Below are positions 57,665 to 64,000 of a DNA stretch of 64,000 nt, one piece after another (positions within the stretch are counted from its first letter, which is position 1; the number at the start of each line of letters is the position of its first letter). The notes beneath the pieces were generated by a model. That model did not search any database. It worked only from the letters and a program-made list of their open reading frames with translations, and had not been told where the DNA came from. This stretch comes from Nitrospirales bacterium (GTDB lineage: Bacteria; Nitrospirota; Nitrospiria; Nitrospirales; UBA8639). The stretch covers positions 256,001 through 320,000 of the forward strand of contig OY820905.2 in assembly GCA_963555755.3 (NCBI GenBank), read 5' to 3'. A program made the translations under genes and the position numbers.

Positions 57665-58993
57665 GGTTCCTCGTCATATCATGTGGAATTGAAGAGGAAA
57701 CGTATAGGCGCTGCGATCATGTAAATCATGGTCATAAAGGTCTGGGGGTTTCGATAGCCTCGTGCTCTTGAGCGAGCAGCCTGAAATAACGAATTCAGCC
57801 CTTCCATACGGGCATTGGAGTAGGTTGACGTCCAACGCTGGAGAATCCGTTGGGTGTGGGTTTGCAGTGTGTTCAACGCTTTTCTGATGGCTTCGAGTTC
57901 TGGGGCATCGCTCAGCATGGAGTGGGCGTGATGAAGAAAGTGTGTCAGTCGCCACCGAGCGGCACGGAGTGTTTGAGCCTGCCTGACCCATCGCACCTTT
58001 TCCTTGATCCGCCAGGCAATGGTGGTCAGAAAGTCTCCGTCCTCCAATTCCTGCAAAGCCAGCTTCTGTTTTTCCGTTAACCCCTTGCCTTTCAAGACCG
58101 CCCACCGCGTGGCTTGGGGGAGTTTGGTCTGTTGCTGCTCACGCTTGCGCACCGCCTCGACGGCTTGAGTAAACAGTTGCACCACATGGAACCAATCCAC
58201 TGTGACAGTGGCTTGCTCAAACTCTTCTTCGACCGCGGCCCAAAAAGCCGGCGACATATCACACACGACTTCCAGCACGTTCTCCGCACGGCCGCCATGC
58301 GCCTTCAGCCAGGCCTTGAAATCCTTCACGGTCTGCTTGCCCTTGCCGGGCGTGGCAAACACAACAGGCTGCGTCCGGCGCTTCATGTCCACAAACACGG
58401 TGACATAGTTGTGGCCTCGCTTGGAGGCGGTTTCATCAAACCCAAAGGCTTCCAATTCCCGCAAGTCCAGTGCTTTCAGCGCTTGGCCAACGTAGTGCTG
58501 AATGATGCGCCACAATCGCTTGTCCCTCTCGCCCACCAGCCGGGCCGTGGCCGCAACAGGCATCTCCCGAACCAGACTCATCACCACCTGTTCAAACAGT
58601 AAGGTGAACCGACTCCCTTCACGCGCCCACGGAACTTCAATCCACTTGACCCCGTGCTCGGGGCACCGGATGCGGGGCCCCTTGGCGGTCAGCAGACAGT
58701 GGTGCTGAAAGAAGTTCAGGTGTCGCCAACGAAGCTCTTTGAAGTCATGCGCTTTACACTCCTTGCCGCACTCAGGACAGGGAAACAGAGAACCCCGATC
58801 CGAGGCCAGCTCAAGGTGTAACTCATGCGGGTTCTTCTCGGTATCCAGATGTTGAGAAACCACTTCCCACGGCGCACTCATCCCCAGCCCTAAAGAAAAT
58901 ATCTCACGTTCGTCCATCATGATCGCCCCCTTTTATTGGGGACGAATTAAGCCACATCAAACCAATTAATTCCACACCTCATGACGAAGAACC
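57665..58993 (-). mobile_element. ISL3-family element
   Basis: IR GGTTCCTCGTCAT / ATGACGAAGAACC; 8-bp duplication ATTTATAT. Confidence 0.95.
57679..58920 (-). CDS. ISL3 transposase
   Basis: CPECG, WRHLNFFQH, VPWA, FDET, VCDMS, DWFHVV, SNARMEGLNS, ARGYR. Confidence 0.95.
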   Translation of the reverse strand: MMDEREIFSLGLGMSAPWEVVSQHLDTEKNPHELHLELASDRGSLFPCPECGKECKAHDFKELRWRHLNFFQHHCLLTAKGPRIRCPEHGVKWIEVPWAREGSRFTLLFEQVVMSLVREMPVAATARLVGERDKRLWRIIQHYVGQALKALDLRELEAFGFDETASKRGHNYVTVFVDMKRRTQPVVFATPGKGKQTVKDFKAWLKAHGGRAENVLEVVCDMSPAFWAAVEEEFEQATVTVDWFHVVQLFTQAVEAVRKREQQQTKLPQATRWAVLKGKGLTEKQKLALQELEDGDFLTTIAWRIKEKVRWVRQAQTLRAARWRLTHFLHHAHSMLSDAPELEAIRKALNTLQTHTQRILQRWTSTYSNARMEGLNSLFQAARSRARGYRNPQTFMTMIYMIAAPIRFLFNST

Positions 58994-59236
58994 ATTTATA
59001 TTACGTATCAGTAGTGTCCCAACGTTTGCTGTCTGGATCGATCTAAGTTATTGATGAAGCAGGCATTAATCATGATTTTTCCTGGTCTCGATTTGAACTG
59101 CACGAACTGGTTTTGCCACCCTGCGAGGAATCTTTTTGCAGGAGGGTTGAATGAACCAAGGCCAGTTGGTATTTGCACAATTGACGCAACATCTGCCGCT
59201 CACGACATTCCGACGCTGTGTGGCACGGTACCAAGG

Positions 59237-60623
59237 GAGCTATTGTCAAATCTAGTGTCTGAAGCGTTACTCACGCGGCGACCGGGTCCGTGGTTGTCTG
59301 TTCGATTCCATCGATAAATTGAATGTCCGCAACGACTTTGGGCCACTCTCGGAATCCTCGCAAGCGCCTCCATGTTTTCTCTGCGCATTGACCTAACTTG
59401 AACATCCTGTGCAATATGCCATCTCGCGTGAGACATCCCTTTGTGCGGATCGTCCGATGCCGAATCGTTCCAAAGGTCGATTCGATGGGATTGGTGGTCC
59501 GGAGACTCGGCCAATGGGCAGCCGGAAACGTATAGAACATCAGGAGCTCCTCTCGATCTTTCTGCAAACAGGCTGTGGCCTTGGGATATTTGAGCGCATA
59601 GGTGTTGAGGAATACATCAACGGCTTGCTCCGCCAACCCTTTGGTCTCAGACCGCCAGATGTCTTGTACGGCCTGCTTGGCTTTGGATTGCACACTTTGG
59701 GGCAGCGCATTTAAGACATTCTGTGTCTTGTGGCACCAACACCGTTGATGCCGCGTCACCGGGAAGATTTCTTCCAGGGCCGCCCAGAAGCCGAGGGCGC
59801 CATCCCCAACAGCCAAGGCGGGCGCGTTCAGCCCGCGGGCTTTCAGATGCCACAGGACTTCCCGCCAACTTTGGGTGGACTCACGAATCCCGTCTTCCAT
59901 CGCTAAGAGATGTTTCTCCCCGGAGGCATTCATGCCGATCACGACCAATGCACCTAAGCGCTGCTCTTCAGCTCGTACGCCACTCTAGATCCCATCGACC
60001 CAGATATAGACCCACTGGTCGGCATCGAGTCGACGTTGTCGCCAGAGGGTATACTCCTTCCGCCAGATCTGCTTGAGCCGAGCCACCGTACTGGCGGACA
60101 GCCCCTTGGCCTCTGGGCCCACGAGGACTTCCAGAGCCGGTTGCCTCTCTCCCGTCGAGATGCCTTTTACGTACAGCCATGGGATCGCCGCTTCCAAGCT
60201 AGCCGACTTGCGCACATACGGGGGGACCAGCGCCGAGTGAAACGTGACCGGTTTGCCCTGGCGACTCCGTACTTTTGGGACTTGTACGGTCACCGGCCCA
60301 ATGCCCGTCTGAATGTCGCGCGTCGGATGATGGCCGCTGAGGACAACCCTCGCATGCCCCTGTTCCGTTGACTGGTCTGCATAGGTCGCCAAGAGCTCGG
60401 CCACCTCTGCTTTCAGGGCTTGGGCAAGAAGCTTCTGCGCCCCTGTTCGAATCAACTCCGTCAGCGAATCGGTCCTTCCTCGATCTTCTTCCTCTGATTT
60501 GGTACATTCCTGCATCGTGGCGTCTCTCCTTTGTGGTTGTGGTGGATGTCTCGCAACACCCATTTCAACCCGAGACGCCGCGTGTTTTCAACTGATCCTA
60601 GACACTACTTTCAAGTATAACTC
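59237..60623 (-). mobile_element. IS256-family element
   Basis: Imperfect IRs ending TAGTGTCT; 8-bp duplication TACCAAGG. Confidence 0.92.
59271..60517 (-). pseudogene. IS256 transposase with in-frame TAG at 59985-59987
   Basis: YIWVDGI*SGVRAE, VGDGALGFW, HQRCW.HK, RTTNPIES in a single frame. Confidence 0.88.
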
Positions 60624-60881
60624 TACCAAGGCGAGCACAAGGTGAAAGCGTTTTCGTGTCTGGACCAATTTTTTTGTATGGCCTTTGCACAGCTGACCTT
60701 TCGCGAGAGCCTACGCGACATCGAAGCCTGTCTGCGTGCCCAGCGCTCGAAGTTGTACCACCTAGGCATTCGCGCCGTCGTGTCGCGCAATACCTTGGCC
60801 AATGCCAACGCTGTGCGAGACTGGCGCATCTATGCCGACTTTGCGCAAAGTCTGATGGGGATCGCTCGACAGTTGTACATA

Positions 60882-62997
60882 GAGGTGGTCCTAGGAATTC
60901 GGACAGGGTTTTAGGCTACAATTGATGACCAAAGGAGGGTCATGGATTATGAGTCGAACCCGAAAGAATCATCCGGCCAATTTTAAGGCCAAGGTTGCGT
61001 TGTCCGCGCTCCGAGAGGATGCGCCGCTATCAGAGCTGGCTGTAAAATATGGCGTGCATGCACCGTCATTCATCGCTGGAAACGTGAAGCCCTGGCCTCA
61101 ATGGCAGCCGGGTTTTCAGGAACGCTTGCGAAGAATCACACCGATCAGGAGGCCCACATCCATGAGCTGCACGCCAAAATTGGCCAACTGAGTGTGGAAC
61201 GGGATTTTTTAGTCGGTGCCTCCAACCGGTTGGGGTCAGGAGGCGTCAAGAAATGGTAGAACCATCCAATAAGCAGCTGAGCCTCAAGACGCAATGTCAG
61301 TTGCTCTCCATCAGCCGCTCGGGCTGGTATTATGATCCCCAAGGGGAATCCCCGCTGAATCTCAAGCTCATGCGGCTAATCGATGAGCAATTTTTAACCA
61401 CGCCCTATTATGGCAGCCGTCAGATGGCACGCTGGTTACGGCGCCAGGGGTATGGCGTGGGGCGTCACCGGGTGCGGCGCTTGATGGCGTTGATGGGCGT
61501 GCACGCGATTTATCAGGAACCGCGCACGAGTGCGCCTCACCCGCAGCATCGGATCTATCCCTACCTCTTGCGGAATCTGGCTATCACCCGGGCCAATCAG
61601 CTCTGGTGCACAGATATCACCTACAGTGCGCCCAGCCTTCGGAGGTGTCATGGAGGACACTGCCGGAGCTTGAGCATGTTTGGAATGTAGAAGGACTGCC
61701 TATGGAAGGATGAGTCCGATACCCGCTTTTCGCTACGGAAAAGCGAGAGCCGAAACGGCGGTGACCTGCTATGCACTGGCAGGGTGACGGAGCCCGTGGG
61801 AAACGGGGCGTGAGGCGAAGTCGTTACGCCAAGATGCGTCTCTAGGCTGAGTGCGGGAAGGTTGAGGGACACGAACCGGTTCATGCGCGTCTGTGGGTTG
61901 AAATGTCACCACCTCCTACACGGCTTAATAGGGGGTTCACGGACAGATATCGGGTACAGGTATGAGCTGATATCGGGTGGCGGTGCGAAATGTAAGCGTG
62001 CCGCCACTGAGCAGCGTGGAGTGCGTAGCTAGCACGCGGCGTCTGTGACGACTTGCGGCAAGCAAGGAGAAAGATTGCGACCGGCAACCTCCCCCGCATG
62101 GTGGAGTCCAACATGTGAACTGGGGAAGGCGATGAAGGGGATGCCAAGGGAGTGCGATCCCGATGCCCCCATCGCTGGCGGAGCTCCCGTAGTAGTCGGA
62201 GACAGGGAAACCCTGTTACAGGGCGAAGGGGAGCAGCTCAAGGAGCTTGCGGGGCAGATTAACTGCCGGGAGAGAGGTGAAGACCTTTGAGAATCAGTGA
62301 AATGCAACGCAAGCTGGCGACGTGGTCGGCCGAGAGGTCGCCATGGCCATGACTCATGCTTGAGTGGAGAGCCGTATGCGCTGAGAGGCGCACGTACGGT
62401 TCGGGGAGGAGAAGCGGGGAAATAGCATATGACTACGCCCTGCTTCTTACTCTACTCCCGATCAAGCGAGGATTTTTATATCTGGTGGCGATTATGGATT
62501 GGCAGAGTCGCAAAGTGCTCTCCTGGCGCCTGTCCAATACGATGGATACGCATTTCTGCGTGGAAGCGCTGGAGGAGGCGCTGGCCTTGTATGGCGTGCC
62601 GGAAATATTCAACACGGATCAAGGCTCGCAATTTACGTCGTGTGAATTCACCTCGGTGCTGAAAGAACACGGGATCAACATTTCCATGGATGGAAAAGGT
62701 CGGTGGATGGATAACGTGTATATTGAACGGCTTTGGCGGAGCCTGAAATATGAATGTGTGTATCTGCATGCCTTTGAGAACGGCTCTCAGGCTCGTCACC
62801 AGATTGGCGCATGGCTCAGCCATTACAACCAAACACGGCCTCACTCGACTTTCGATGGACAAACCCCCGATGAGGTCTATAATCTCTCTCATCTTCAGAG
62901 GCCCGACCCTGGAGAGAAGAAGCAAGCGGCATAACCTCAACCATCAAGTTGTAGCTTAACGTTGCCGCAAACCTGTCCAACAAAGTGGGACCACCTC
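60882..62997 (+). mobile_element. IS3-family element, copy 2 (orfA frameshifted, orfB intron-interrupted)
   Basis: Same IRs and sequence as 14814-16100; 1-bp deletion near 61061; 830-bp insertion. Confidence 0.93.
61626..62455 (+). ncRNA. ORF-less group II intron
   Basis: 5' GTGCG, 3' AC; 34-nt domain V GAGCCGTATGCG-CTGAGAGG-CGCACGTACGGTTC (62369-62402); domain VI; exact insertion relative to IS3 copy 1. Confidence 0.95.
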
Positions 62998-63881
62998 GGT
63001 TCATCATTTACAACAAGCGTCAACCAGCCGAGATGAGTGAAGCCGAGATCGGCCAGTTCCTTTCAAGCCTGGTGTGTGAAGGGCTCGTCAGTGCCTCGAC
63101 TCAGAACCAAGCTTTGAACGCCCTGTTGTTTCTGTACCGGGAAGTTCTCGGTAAGAATATCAAGTACGTGAACGGGGTTGTCCGTGCCAAAAAGCCAAGA
63201 AGGTTGCCCATAGTTCTGACAACAGAGGAAGTCAAAAGAGTGCTTCGTGGCTTAAGCGGCACGCCATGGTTGATGGACCTGCTCATCTATGGAGGGGGAT
63301 TGCGTTTGATGGAGTGCTGCCGTCTGCGAGTCAAAGATCTTGACTTTGCGCAGAATCAGGTTGTCGTGCGGAGTGGCAAGGGGAATAAGGATCGCTACAC
63401 CACACTTTCAACTGCCATCAAGGAACCTCTCCTTCGACACCTCCAAGGGGTCAAGGGGCAACATCAGACTGATCTCAGGAAAGGTCTGGGGAGTGTCGCC
63501 TTACCCCATGCCTTTGAGCGGAAATATCCCAATGCCGGGAAGGAGTGGGGGTGGCAATGGGTGTTCCCGGCCACAAGCCACTACACCGACAGAATCACTG
63601 GCGTCAAGCGCAGGCATCATCTGCATGAGTCCGTTTTGCAACGAACCTTCAAGGAAGCGAGACTCAAAGCCGGGATCGCCAAATCGGCAAGTTGTCATAC
63701 GCTTCGCCACGCCTTTGCGACCCACCTCTTGGGGGACGGGTATGATATTCGGACGGTCCAAGAGTTGCTGGGTCACAAAGATGTGAGCACAACGATGATC
63801 TACACCCATGTGTTGAACCGAGGCGGGAAGGGAGTCCACAGTCCGACCGATCGACTCGGATTTGGCCTGGAGAACCTTTGA
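62998..63881 (+). pseudogene. intI: Integron integrase, 5'-truncated by IS3
   Basis: GLRLMEC, GKGNKDR, IntI patch WQWVFPA...RRHHLHES, HTLRH, LLGHKDVSTTMIYTHV; begins at RFII.NKRQP with the normal N-terminus missing. Confidence 0.92.
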
Positions 63882-64000
63882 GGGAAACCGGAATAGGCTG
63901 ACAATCCCTGCAGTGTTTGTCGGGTTCCCAAGAGTGGTAAATTTCTTGCTAAGTGTTGGAAAAGCTTATAGGATTTCCGAAATTCCAAAACGTACTGAGT
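63878..64000 (+). other. Integron platform / attI-like region 2 (continues past window)
   Basis: Homologous to 53259-53381. Confidence 0.7.

Larger units (their letters stand above)
59009..60881 (+). pseudogene. IS4-family (DUF4372) element remnant, split by IS256 and cut by IS3
   Basis: End CAGTAGTGTCCC at 59009; ATG 59151 MNQGQLVFAQL...ARYQG continues at 60632 EHKVKAFSCLDQF...SLRDIE. Confidence 0.88.

Noticed and set aside
62356..62934. 192-aa ORF as a standalone gene or intron-encoded protein
   Set aside because: It is intron domains V-VI read in frame with the 3' exon of IS3 orfB; no RT motifs

Overview
GC-moderate bacterial chromosomal window; gene content and repeat families suggest Nitrospirota (inference). 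Left and middle: housekeeping and accessory genes (def, FAH-family hydrolase, class I fumarase, amgK-murU, a PAS-GAF-GGDEF-EAL protein, Pal-like lipoprotein, aguB/aguA, a sugar ABC transporter) and a complete Tad/Flp pilus locus preceded by two c-di-GMP-I riboswitches. The intergenic DNA is heavily colonised by at least six MITE families, often nested, plus REP/BoxC-like hairpins; a DUF559 nuclease gene is tandemly duplicated between such hairpins. The right 11 kb is an integron region of the co-oriented type (attI-like platform downstream of intI). A 123-bp platform occurs twice (about 84% identical): once after a 5'-truncated intI and once heading a three-cassette array whose own intI appears deleted at a MITE. 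Between them lies a pile of IS66 (carrying DUF4338), ISL3, IS4, IS256 and IS3, the last interrupted by an ORF-less group II intron. An intron-free copy of the same IS3, with the empty target site, lies at 14.8-16.1 kb. No CRISPR array, rRNA or convincing tRNA was seen.
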